DNA of 64,000 nt from Eledone cirrhosa (Eukaryota), in assembly GCA_964016885.1 (NCBI GenBank), contig OZ024742.1, forward strand, positions 134,912,001 to 134,976,000, given 5' to 3'. Made by a program: the position numbers and the translations under genes. A model generated the notes under the pieces. That model worked only from the letters and a program-made list of their open reading frames with translations, was not told the origin of the DNA and did no database searches. Shown here one piece after another: positions 14,980 through 26,998 of this stretch; the first letter of the stretch is position 1, and every line of letters starts with the position of its first letter.

Positions 14980-15159
14980 AATTGTTTCTACTCTTGGCAC
15001 AAGCCCAGCAAATACCCAGTACATTACCGGTACTTTATTTTATCGAGCCCGTAAGGATGAAAGGCAAAGTTAACCTCGGCGGAATTTGAACTCAGATCAT
15101 AAAGGGACGTAACTCTATGCTTCAAAGCATGGTGTCCGACTCTCTACCGATACTGCCAA
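14980..15159 (-). mobile_element. SINE family 1
   Basis: Same consensus on the minus strand. Confidence 0.85.
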
Positions 15160-15769
15160 TACTCTTTTTTTTGTTGCTATTGTTGTTATTACTACTGTTG
15201 TATACTTTTGTTAGTATTATTTTCATATTTGCAGTTGTTGCTCTTACTGTTGCTGTTGTTGATGCTGCTGTTGCTGCTGTTGCTGCTGTTGCTGCTGTTG
15301 CTTCAGTTATATTACTGTTGCATTTCAGGTTGCTTTTAAATCCCATAACATCGAACCATAAGTAGAAGTAGAGAATCGCTTAGCTAACTGCACCACCACC
15401 ACACCAGGCAGCACTTTCTCAAACCTACCTACCTAACCACACCACGCGCGCATAACCCATCATTTCCCCTAAATAAAGCATCAGCTCGCGCCCACCAAAC
15501 CCGCACCATCATAGCCACCACTACTACCACCATTGCAACCTCCGCCATTCCCCCCCCCCCACCCCCCTCAAACTCACTGAGCCAAAAGCCCCACCACTAC
15601 CATAACCCTCTTTTCCAATATTGGCAAGAATTCCCCTGACTGGTCTGTACACTATAATGGTAAAGCATTGGAATGTCTGGAATGCGAAAGGTATGCAACA
15701 ATCCACAATAATAGACCGGTGCTGTTTGAGTATGATGACAGCGGAAGCTAGGCTGGAGGCAAATGACGG

Positions 15770-15915
15770 CAGTGATTATGTTGATGATTATGATGATGTC
15801 GGTGGAGGTGGTGGTGGTGGTGGAGGTGGTGGTGGCGGTGATAGTAGATGTGCTTGACGGTGGCTGAGTTGTTGGATGTGGTTGAGGTGGATGTTGTTGT
15901 GGTATATGTCGATGG

Positions 15916-15947
<32 letters not shown>

Positions 15948-16784
15948 CGTGGTGGTGGTGGTGGTGGTGATGGTAGATGTGCTTGATGGTGGCTGAGTTG
16001 TTGGATGTGGTTGAGGTGGATGTTGTTGTGGTATATGTCGGTGGTTGTGTTGTTGTTGTTGTTGTTGTTCGTGGTGGCGGTGGTGGTGGTGGCGGTGGGG
16101 AATACAGTTGCTGCTAGTTGAATTGGTAGTGGTGGGTGATGGTGGTTAGGGGTTGGTGATGGATACAGGTGGTGGAGTTGATGATTATTGACTTGGCGTT
16201 TGGGAGCTGTGTATGAGGGGGTCGGGGGATGCACGGTTGAGAGTTAAGGGTTAGGGTTTGGGTTGAGTGTATAAGGCTGATTTTTCAGGGTTGGTGAGTT
16301 GGTTTTCGAGTGTTCATAAGGAGGTAGAGAGAGTGAGAGAGTGAGAGAGTGAGAGAAAGAGAGAGATTGAGAGAGAGAGCGAGAGAGAGTGAGAGAGCGA
16401 GAGAGAGTGAGAGAAAGAGAGATATAAAGATAAAGAGAGAAAGATCTTCCGTTTCCGAGTAGATTATATAACAGCAATGATGATGGTGTAGATAATGACG
16501 ATTATTATGATTGATGAAATTATTATCATCATCATCAACATCATAATCACCATCATTACTATCAGTATTATCATTATTATTAGAAGTAGTAGTAGTAGTA
16601 GTATTGCGTGCTTTCACAGTACATGTACTTGTGGAATATTTTTGTTTGTTTGTTTCGTGTATTTATGTTATTTTTGCTTTTCTTTTCCCGTTTCTATTGT
16701 AATGAATGTATAGTGTGCACACTGCCTAGTAGTGCTATGTATTGAAATGGTAGTAGTAGTAGCAGTAGTAGTAGTAGTAGCAGC

Positions 16785-16845
<61 letters not shown>

Positions 16846-17053
16846 ATGGTGGTGGTAGTGGTGGCGGTGGTGGTGCTGCTGCTGCTGCTGCTGTTTGTAA
16901 TGGTGGTGATGGTGGTGTTGGTGGTGTCGGTGGTGTTTTTGGTAGTAGTAGTAGTAGTATTAGTAGTAGTGGTGGCGGTGCTTATGGTGGTGGTGGCTTT
17001 GGTAGTGGTTTTTGTGTTAGTAGTAGTAGTGGTAGTGGTGTTGGTGGTGGCTC

Positions 17054-17098
<45 letters not shown>

Positions 17099-17251
17099 TA
17101 GTAGTAGTAGTAGTAGTGAAGATTGTGGGGGGCGGGTGCTGCTTGTGGTGTCAATGGTGGTGATGGTTGTGGTGATGGTGGTGGTTTTGATGGTGGTGGT
17201 TGTGTAGTAGTAGTAGTAGTAGTAGCAGTAGTACCAGCAGTAGTAGTAGTG

Positions 17252-17288
<37 letters not shown>

Positions 17289-17387
17289 CAGCAGCAGTAG
17301 TAGTAGTAGTATTGGTGATGCTAGTAGTAGTTGTAGTAGTGGTGGTGGTGGTGTCGGTAGTGGTGTTGGTGGTTTTAGTGGTGGTGT

Positions 17388-17453
<66 letters not shown>

Positions 17454-19750
17454 TAGTAGTAGTAGCAGAGCAGCAGTAGCATTTTTTAATCACGGGTCTA
17501 GAGTCTTCGAATAGATCTAATTTCGAACAGTTCAAACCTTGAGGATCCAGTATTCGTATTTGTTTATCGAAAATTATATTGTCAGATGAATTCTGTACTT
17601 GATTGTAGTGGCAGCGGTAGTGGTGGTGGTTGATGGTGGTGGTGGTGGTGGTGGTAGTGGTGGTGGTGGTGGTGGTGGTAGTGGTGGTGGTGGTGGCGGT
17701 GGTGTTGATGGTGCTGATTGATGATGATGCTGGTTGATGATGGTGATGCTGGTTGTGGTGGTGGTTGATGGTCGGGGTGGTGGTCGTGGTTGTGGTGGTG
17801 GTGGTAGTGGTGCTGGTGATGGTGGTGGTGGTGGTGTTGATGGTGCTGGTTGATGATGATGCTGGTTGATGATGGTGGTGCTGGTTATGGTGGTGGTGGT
17901 GGTGGTGGTGGTAGTAGTAGTGTTAGTGCTGGTGGTGATGTTGGTGGTGGTGGTGATGGTGGTGGTGGTGGTGTTGATGGTGCTGGTTGATGATGATGCT
18001 GGTTGATGATGGTGGTGCTGGTTATGGTGGTGGTGGTGGTGGTGGTGGTAGTAGTAGTGTTGGTGCTGGGGGTGATGATGGTGGTGGTGGTGATGGTGGT
18101 GGTGGTGGTGTTGATGTCGGTGGTGGTGGTGTTGGTGGTGGTTTCAGTGGTGGTGGTGGTGGTGGTTGTAGTATTAGTGTTGGTGGGCTTAGATGTGCGT
18201 GATTGTTGTTGTTGTGGTGGTGGTGGTGGTGGTGGTGGTGGTGGTGGTAGCGGTAGTGGTGATGGTTATAGTATTAGTGTTGGTGGGGTTAGATGTGTTT
18301 GATGGTGGTGGTAGTGCTGGTGGTGGTTGTGGTTGATGGTGATTGAGTGGTGGTGGCGGTGATGGTGGCAGTGGTAGTGGTTGATGGTGGTGGTGATGGT
18401 GGTGGTGGTTGTGATGGTGGTGGTTGATATGTGATTGAGTGGTGGATGGCATTGCTGGTGAATTGATTTTGATTTTGGTTACTGTTTCTAGCAGTTCAGG
18501 TTGTTGCTTAGATGACATCTAACAGGTTGCAATGGAGTCGGTGATGGATTGAAAATTGTTGGTGGTTGTGTTGATATATTGATAGTGGCTAGAGAGTAAA
18601 AATAGGGTTATAATACTGTTGTTGTTGTTTGTGGTGGTATTTGTAGTGGTGTTGTTCATGGTAGAAATAGCGCTAATTTGGAAATGGTGGTGGTGTGGTT
18701 ACTTTCGATTTGAGATGGTTCCAGTGATAGTGTTTGTATTAGTGATGGTGATGTTATTGGTGCAACTAGTAATGGCGGTGTTTGTGTAGTTGGTGAGAGT
18801 GTTGGTGGTACATATGTTAGCGGGAATAATGTTGTTGCTGGTAGTTGAAGCGATAGTGTTAGAGTTGGTATTGATGTTCGTGGTTGTAGGGATTATGGTG
18901 GTGGAGGAGGCAGTGGTGGTGGGTGTGGTGGTGGCGTTGGTGGTGGTTTGTGGTGGTGGTGGTGGTGGCGGTGATGATGTTGCTAGTGGTAACGTTGGAA
19001 TTAGCTGTAATATTATTGGAAAATGATGAAAATCGTCCATCACGTCATCACACATGTTGGATTTATTGGTGGTATGAATGGTATTAGTGGTAGTAGTGTC
19101 GTTGCTGGTGATTCTTGCTAGATGGAAATATATATAGCCACCTGATTGTATTGGGATTTACTGTAGTGACGGGATAGCACAACTTTGCTAAAAATCGGAA
19201 GGTACTCGGCAATAGATGGTAATATACAAGACGTTCAAATAGGTTGCCATGTTGTTTGTGGTGTGTAATGATTGTTGGCGTGCTGGTGATGTTGTCGTTG
19301 CTAATAGAATCTCAGAGAAAATAGAAAGAATAGTAGTGGAAATATTGATTGAATTACATGTGGGAGTGGTAGTATTTGTAGCAGGAATTATAGTGCCATT
19401 TTGTGCTACTAAAAATGGTGATTTTGTTGGTTGTTGAACCGATGATGTTGATGTGTTTGTTGGTGGTCGTGGAAATGGGTAGTGGTAGGGATAAGAGTTG
19501 CCTCCCAAATAATTATGATGTATGTATCAGAAAATGATATTGATATTGACTTTAAAAACGAAACGCAAGGTGATAATAATGACGATGAATAGGAAAATAA
19601 AGATATGGAGGTGAATATGTAGATGGTGTTGATGATGATGCTAACAATAGCGTACCTGATGATGATGCTGATGATGAAGTTGTCGGTGTTGTTTTTGATC
19701 ATCATCATCAAATGATGATGTTGTAGCAGTAGTGGTGGTGATTATATTTT
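15770..19750. repeat. Low-complexity trinucleotide field (GGT/GTA/GAT/GTT) with internal higher-order duplications
   Basis: Long (GTA)n and (GGT)n runs; a ~130 bp unit duplicated near 15835 and 15966; GGTGTTGATGGTGCTGGTTGATGATGATGCTGG recurs near 17700, 17833 and 17970. Confidence 0.9.
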
Positions 19751-20589
19751 TGATATTGTTATTGTTATGTTAAAAAATATAAGTTCCTAGCAAGAAAACA
19801 TATCATCAAAGGTGTTTGAACAAGGAAATACCAATATTTAATTGACAGTGTATCTCGTGATATATCTTCAAACGTTCACTTCCACTATTCGGGAGTGTTA
19901 TTCGCTGAAAATTCAAGCAGGCTCTAAAGTTTGGTAATAAACAGATCGACAACGACAACGACGACGATGCTGATGATGAAGAGGGTGGCAATGATGACAA
20001 TGATCCTCTAGGGAAGCGGATTTTAAATATTAATGGAGTCGCTAAAACAGATTTAACCCAAGAAGACAATAAGCTAGCATTAATGTAATGCTGTACTCGA
20101 TACCCATCGTGGTTCAATTTAAACTTCATCCGTATCACGATTTCAACATATTGCGTTTACTTCGATGACGGACCACAGCCATTTCACAAGACTCTTGCCA
20201 AACGCAATGCGTTGTTTGAATCATGAATACGTAATATAGAGTGGTGCAATGTTTAGGATTCAAAACAATCGACTATTCACATTTACATCGAGCACTTTAA
20301 TTTACAATATATACACACTACTGTCGCAACAGTTAGCAAGCCTAGGTACCATAATGTATGTTTTACACTTTGCCTGACAAATTAGAATAAATGTGTGTTC
20401 TATTAGATCCCAGCACCTTGATTTCAGATTTAAATTAAAACATGAACAAATTGGGTAATGAAAGCATCAGATATTTCAAATAATTTCATATGCAACGAAA
20501 CAGACCCTCTCCCGTACATGTGACTTGTCAAATGAAGGCACTGTTTGTGAGTACCTAAACTTAAATTGGGTTCACTCCTTTTCTGTAAG

Positions 20590-20660
<71 letters not shown>

Positions 20661-20833
20661 AGTGGGAAGGGGCGAACGTCAGGTTGGCCCATGAACACTT
20701 TTTGCATCTGTCTTAGCTTTGCAAACACTATCTCTGTTCCGCAACACTGGTAGAATCTTATATGGACACACACCCACACACACACACAAATATATATATA
20801 TATATAATATATATATATATGTATGTATGTATG

Positions 20834-20897
<64 letters not shown>

Positions 20898-21026
20898 GAT
20901 AAATCTACCAAAATATACGGCAGTGTCCAATCCGTATGAAGAAATCAATGTAATCCAAATATCATGAAAAGAGATGTATTCAAAAATATATTCGATGAAA
21001 ATCACAGGAAAACAGAGTGAAGATAA

Positions 21027-21392
21027 ATTAATAAAAACAATGAATAAAAACAATGAAACAGTTCCTTATATTTAAAAAATCATCATTTTACGATCGTTTC
21101 TAGGATATATGTGTGTGCGTTGGTATGTATATCTATGTAAACATTTTACAAACTATCAGAGGGAATATACATACCTACACATATATATATGGTGTCTTCA
21201 TTATTTCTGAAGACAGCATATATATGTGTAGGCATGTATATTCCTTCTGATAGTTTGTAAAATGTTTACATAGATCTATATGATATACATACCAACACAC
21301 ACATATATATCCTAGAAACGATCGTAAAATGATGAATTTTTTAAAATAAGGAACTCTTTCTTTGTTTTTATTCATCGTTTTTATTAATTTTT
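21027..21392. mobile_element. Head-to-head inverted element in (TA)n
   Basis: 21027-21190 is a diverged reverse complement of 21218-21392. Confidence 0.85.
21197..21336 (+). ncRNA. Type I hammerhead ribozyme with ~100-nt helix II domain
   Basis: Helix I TTCATTATTT/AAATGATGAA (10 bp); CTGAAGA at 21207; helix II CAG-C-ATATATATGTGT...ACACATATATAT-C-CTA; GAAA C GATC G TA (GUA triplet, palindromic loop). Confidence 0.8.
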
Positions 21393-21432
21393 ATATATAT
21401 ATATATATTTGTGTGTGTATGTGAGTGTGTTT

Positions 21433-21559
<127 letters not shown>

Positions 21560-22291
21560 GTATATGTTTATGTGTGATTGACCGTGTGAGAGAGAGAGAG
21601 AGAGCAAGCGCAGTTTTATGTGTGCGTAGGTGATGTTTTCCCTAGGGCATGAATATAATTATAAACTGGTAAATGGTGACTTCCTCATTTGGAACCATGG
21701 TATTTTGCTGGAGATGGGGTAGGGCCGAACGTGCCAGCCGATCAGTTTTAAGACCGGTTCCATTCCAATTATGACAGTGTTAAGACTTAATTGTCGTAAT
21801 TGTCATGATAGAGTGTGAAGAATAGAGAACAATAATACTAGCAGTAACGTCGGTGTCATCGACGAAGTCGATAACGATGATGATCAAGTTGATGATGACG
21901 AAGAAAACGATGACAAAGGATGTTGAAATGTCATCATTACCGGGAATATTAGCGACATCAACGAAACGAGACTCATCAATTATTTAATCATTTGCATGTT
22001 TCGTTGCGTGTATGTTTGTTACTGTGAACGCATGCATATATTTATATCTGTCTGTTTGTCTGTCAGTGTGTAATTATGTATGTATGGATGTAGTTATATA
22101 TGTATGTATTTATATAGTCAGGTAGGTATCTGCATACATTTGTTTATTCATGTATTTGCTCGCATATATATCATTGCGTGATTGAATTTGTACGTATGTG
22201 TATATTCACATATGTGTTCATGTATTATTGAATAAATCCATATATGTATATATATATATATATAAACACACACAGAGGAATACACACACAT

Positions 22292-22332
<41 letters not shown>

Positions 22333-22413
22333 CACATACTTATTTATATAAATATATATATATATACACACACACAAAACATATATATATATATATATTT
22401 ATACACACATATA

Positions 22414-22453
<40 letters not shown>

Positions 22454-22483
22454 TATATATATACTTATATATATATATATACT

Positions 22484-22515
<32 letters not shown>

Positions 22516-22786
22516 TATATATATATATATGTAATTATATATATACCCAGACACACACATGTTCTTCAATATAATTTGTATATGTATTCATTCTAATTAT
22601 GCCCGCTCACATTCTTCGCCGTTTATGTAAAATGGAAATTATGACAGTAGGTGTGCCAGATATACGAAATTACTGTCAACTGAAACGTATTTTAAAGTTT
22701 GATTTCGACTTAATTTAGCTGCGATTGCAAAGTTGTATTTAATTTTTTTTTTTCTTAATAGTGAATTGTTCATATATATACATACA

Positions 22787-22835
<49 letters not shown>

Positions 22836-23290
22836 GATATTGAATAAATGGAAACTATATTTATAAAACCATATTTATTTCATTATACATATTTCAAGGA
22901 AACCAAGTTAAATTATGGTGCGTTTTCATCAGACAAAATATAATATACATCAGTTTTATGAATAAATATTGACATACCCTTAAAAAATGCAACCATCACT
23001 GTTGGATAGACTATCCAGGAGCTTCCAACAGTAATGGTTGCATTTTTTAAGGGTATGTCAATATTTATTTATAAAACTGATCTATATTATATTTTGTCTG
23101 ATGAAAGCACACCATAATTTAACTTGGTGTCCTTGAAATATGTATAATGAAATAAATATGGTTTTATAAATATAGTTTCCATTTGTTCATTATCCTATGT
23201 TTACTCCAAATACTTGTTGAGTGCTTTATATCAGTTATAAAATATTTGCTTCTTGTATCCCAACAATTTAAATAGAACTTTTGCATATAT
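22836..23290. mobile_element. Head-to-head pLTR-like element in (TA)n
   Basis: 22845-23007 is the reverse complement of 23024-23185; a further copy lies at 35383-35655 (minus). Confidence 0.85.
23090..23154 (+). ncRNA. Minimal type I hammerhead ribozyme (inverted copy at 22876-22940)
   Basis: TATTTTGT CTGATGA AAG-C-ACACCA..TGGTGT-C-CTT GAAA T ATGT A TA ATGAAATA. Confidence 0.85.
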
Positions 23291-23357
23291 ATGTATATAT
23301 ATGTGTGTGTGCGTGTGTGTGTGTGTGTAGGTGTGTGTGTGTGTGTGTGGGGGGGGT

Positions 23358-23392
<35 letters not shown>

Positions 23393-23532
23393 TTATATAT
23401 ATACCAGGTGGACCATAACGCACTTAGGGTAATAGAGTAGGTACTAGGAAAAGAGACAGGATCCCGATGGCTGAGCTCCAGTCGTTTCGACCGGTCGGCG
23501 TCCTGGCTCATTTCCTATATACATATATATAT

Positions 23533-23786
23533 ATATGAAAACAGGGAGAAAGAGACGATTATGAGGAAGAAAAATATTTGTTTTCCTTTTTTTGTCACTC
23601 TCTCTCTTTTTTCTGGGTTAGAAAATGATTAAAACGAAATGTTTTACTTTGTGTGAAGTACCTTAACACTTCACACAAAATAAAACATTTCGTTTTAATA
23701 ATTTTCTAACCCAGAAAAGAGAGAGAGACAAAAAAAAAAGGAAAACAAATTTTTTTTTCTCCTCATAATCGTCTCTTTCTCCTTGT

Positions 23787-23793
<7 letters not shown>
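23533..23793. repeat. Foldback palindrome (~125 bp arms) between (TA)n tracts
   Basis: Arms are reverse-complementary around GTGTGAAGT-accttaac-ACTTCACAC at about 23663. Confidence 0.85.
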
Positions 23794-23872
<79 letters not shown>

Positions 23873-24004
23873 GATAACAAGTTATCGTAATAGGTAATCC
23901 AGTTAAAGATTGTGAGTATTTGCGGATTTGTTTAACTAAACAAAATGTTTCCATAATTAGGCAGCGAGGTCGCGGTAATTCCTATGTAGGTTATACTTGA
24001 AGCT

Positions 24005-24295
24005 ATAATAGTGAAAGAGTGAAGAGTAACATGATTGGCTGTACAACAAAGGGCTTTATTTCAGGTATTGACAATTGTTTCATTGATAGGGAGAGTCTAG
24101 AGGTCGCTAATCGCTTCAAGTTGCGTCACTCGATCTCTATTACAGTATTTACCTCTGATGAACTCATCAGAAAACGAAAATATATTTTTTATCGACATCT
24201 AGACTCACCTGATCAATTAAACAATTGTCAATACCTGAAATAAAGCCCCTTGTTGTACAGTCAACCATGTTACTTTTCATTCTTTCACTATATAT
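24005..24295. mobile_element. Inverted-repeat element with degenerate hammerhead-like motifs
   Basis: 24005-24100 inverts 24198-24295; the minus strand shows GAAA C AATT G TC; central CTGATGAACTCATCAG. Helix I pairing is poor. Confidence 0.55.
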
Positions 24296-24946
24296 ATATA
24301 TATAGGAAAAGAGTCATGACTCCGACGGTTGAGCTCCGGCCGTTTCGACAGCTAGATCAGAAGAGTTCGGAACGAGCTGTCGTAACGGCTGCAGCTCAAC
24401 CATCGGGATCCTGGCTCTTTTCCTATTACCAACTCTAAGACCCTAAGTATTGAGTACACTGGTGCGTTATTGTCCACCTGGTATCTTACCACACCATATG
24501 TGTGTGTGTGTGGGGGGGGGGGGGGTGCGAGCGCGTGTGTGTGTGTGTGCGTGTGTGTGTGCGCCATGTTACTGAGGTAGAATATTGAGTCAAAAACGAA
24601 ATAGTCATGTAAATAAACATCTTTAAGCCTCGCAATTAATTTGTTTAAGTTTCTCTAGTTTCTTGTGACCAGGAGAGGGTATGATGCCGACACTGTTTCT
24701 GGACTTTTGACCGTCGTTAGAATGGTTGATTTTTCCTTGGTCCGAAAACCAAAATAATCTAAAATCATTTTTTTTTTCATTGTTAATGAACATCGATTGT
24801 TAATATCCAGGAGTGCATTAATCGCCGCTACTAACATTCATAGCGAGGCTACAAATATGTTAATTTATATGAACATTTTGTATATGATTCTATATACAAC
24901 TCTATTCATATCTCAATCAAGATTTGTCAGAGCAGCGGTACATTTC

Positions 24947-24979
<33 letters not shown>

Positions 24980-25153
24980 TATATATATATATTTATTAAT
25001 ATAACAGATTAAGGGTGAAAGCAGCGATTCTTTGCTTAAACTTTAATCTGTTATTTTAATAAATATTTGCTCTACTGTTCTTATATATTTGACATATATT
25101 TATCCTTATCGAGCCCTCTTTGGATTTTAGTCTTCAAATTTATTATTATTACT

Positions 25154-25245
<92 letters not shown>

Positions 25246-25303
25246 TGAATATAAAAGAGAGATAAACACAGATATCTACATATATGTGTTCAAATCAAAA
25301 GGT

Positions 25304-25381
25304 ACCGCTGATGAGCATAAGAATTGGCAATTCTCTTCACAATTAAATTGCAAAACAGCATAGCCAAACGCTGTCTGGGTG
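25304..25381 (+). ncRNA. Degenerate hammerhead ribozyme (GAAA changed to AAAA) inside inverted-repeat element 25241-25558
   Basis: CTGATGA GCA...TGC AAAA CAGC atagccaaac GCTG TC: 5-bp helix III and GUC triplet; element arms at 25241-25296 and 25503-25558. Confidence 0.6.
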
Positions 25382-25657
25382 ATAGGTAGTTACAACAATT
25401 CCAGTTTGTATTTATTTTCTTGATTTATTCTTAAATTGAATCTGGCAAAACCTATTGTCCATAATTAGTATGTTTTTCACCTTAGCGAATCTGATCCCTT
25501 ACGATTTGAACCCATATATGTATATATCTGTGTTTATCTCTCTTTTATATTCAATTACAATATACGGGTCGGAAAAAATCTCTTCCCTTGAACTCTTTTA
25601 TTGTCAGAGACTATTTTGAGTTTCTAACTCAATATATACCTTTGATATATATATATA

Positions 25658-25835
25658 TTTGTTTCTACTTTAGGCACAAGGCCAGCAATTACCCAGTGTA
25701 TTACTGGTACTTTATTTTATCGACCCCGTAAGGATGAAAGGCAAAGTCAACCTCGGCGGGATTTGAACTCAGATCGTAAAGGGACGTAACTATGCTGGAA
25801 AGCATGGCGTCCGACCCTCTACCGATACTGCCAAT
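25658..25835 (-). mobile_element. SINE family 1
   Basis: Essentially identical to the 5190 copy; inserted in a TA-rich site. Confidence 0.9.
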
Positions 25836-25855
25836 CATATATATATATTAGTGTG

Positions 25856-25922
<67 letters not shown>

Positions 25923-25932
25923 CTTGCTGCTG

Positions 25933-26014
<82 letters not shown>

Positions 26015-26593
26015 CACTACTACCACTACTACTACTACTACAATAATCATAATTTTGTTATTTTTATCTTGTATTCTATATAGGTTATTCGTATTCAAAA
26101 CCTATTTCCCCTGTAAGATGTAATAGAGTCAATGAATTTTTAACGTGAAATACGTATCCATATCTATTTACCGAGATTTCGGTGTTCAACTTGCCTTCTG
26201 ATGAAATTTGTAATTTTCCGTACACTGTTCAATAAGATGAAACACACGTGTGTGTGTGTGTGTACCAGTGTCTGTGTGTGAGTGTTTGTGAGTGTTTGTG
26301 GAGGGGGTGCGTTCCTGTGTATGTGTGTGTGTGTGCGTGTAAAAGATAAACAGAAATAACAACACAATCGGTACAGTATATGGAAGGAATATATTAGGTT
26401 AACGCTTGAAATAGCAGGAAGGGGATCTTAAATTTTGGAGGCTAGTCCTTTATCAGAAGAAAGAATGAGAAATAACATAGATTGAAGGGACGGGCGGTTT
26501 GGAATTGGAAAATAATGTATTTGGATAAAAATAACAGGTCCAATGATGGACTTGTTTGGATTTAATTTGAGCGTTTTCATTTCCCTTTTAGTT

Positions 26594-26700
<107 letters not shown>

Positions 26701-26799
26701 CAAAAGGGATATTCAATTTGTTGGTAATTCAACAAATATAAATGTTTATAACTCTTTCAAAGCACTAAACAAGTTTTCTGGAGTATAATATTCAATGAA

Positions 26800-26958
26800 C
26801 ATCTTGAACCGTTAAATTTTTCTTCCTGGTTATGTCAATATTTATAAAACAAAGTTTGTATTTTATCTGATGAGGGCGTACCAAAGTGTTGGTACCCTTT
26901 AAATATATACAATAGAATAAATATGGTTATATAAATATAGTTTCCATTCATTTAATAT

Positions 26959-26965
<7 letters not shown>
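26800..26965 (+). mobile_element. PLE pLTR-like fragment with degenerate hammerhead
   Basis: Homologous to 34741-34905; CTGATGA GGG-C-GTACCA..TGGTAC-C-CTT TAAA (core GAAA mutated); ends at (TA)n. Confidence 0.75.

Positions 26966-26998
<33 letters not shown>

Noticed and set aside
16244-16265. TTAGGG telomere-like repeats
   Set aside because: Only 2-3 imperfect units inside a low-complexity field.
16732-18518. Poly-Val/Thr/Ser/Gly ORFs resembling mucins or glycine-rich proteins
   Set aside because: They are translations of trinucleotide microsatellites, open on both strands, with no splice or domain evidence.
26420-26470. Hammerhead-like CTGATAA..AAAA on the minus strand
   Set aside because: Both core boxes are mutated and helix III is absent.
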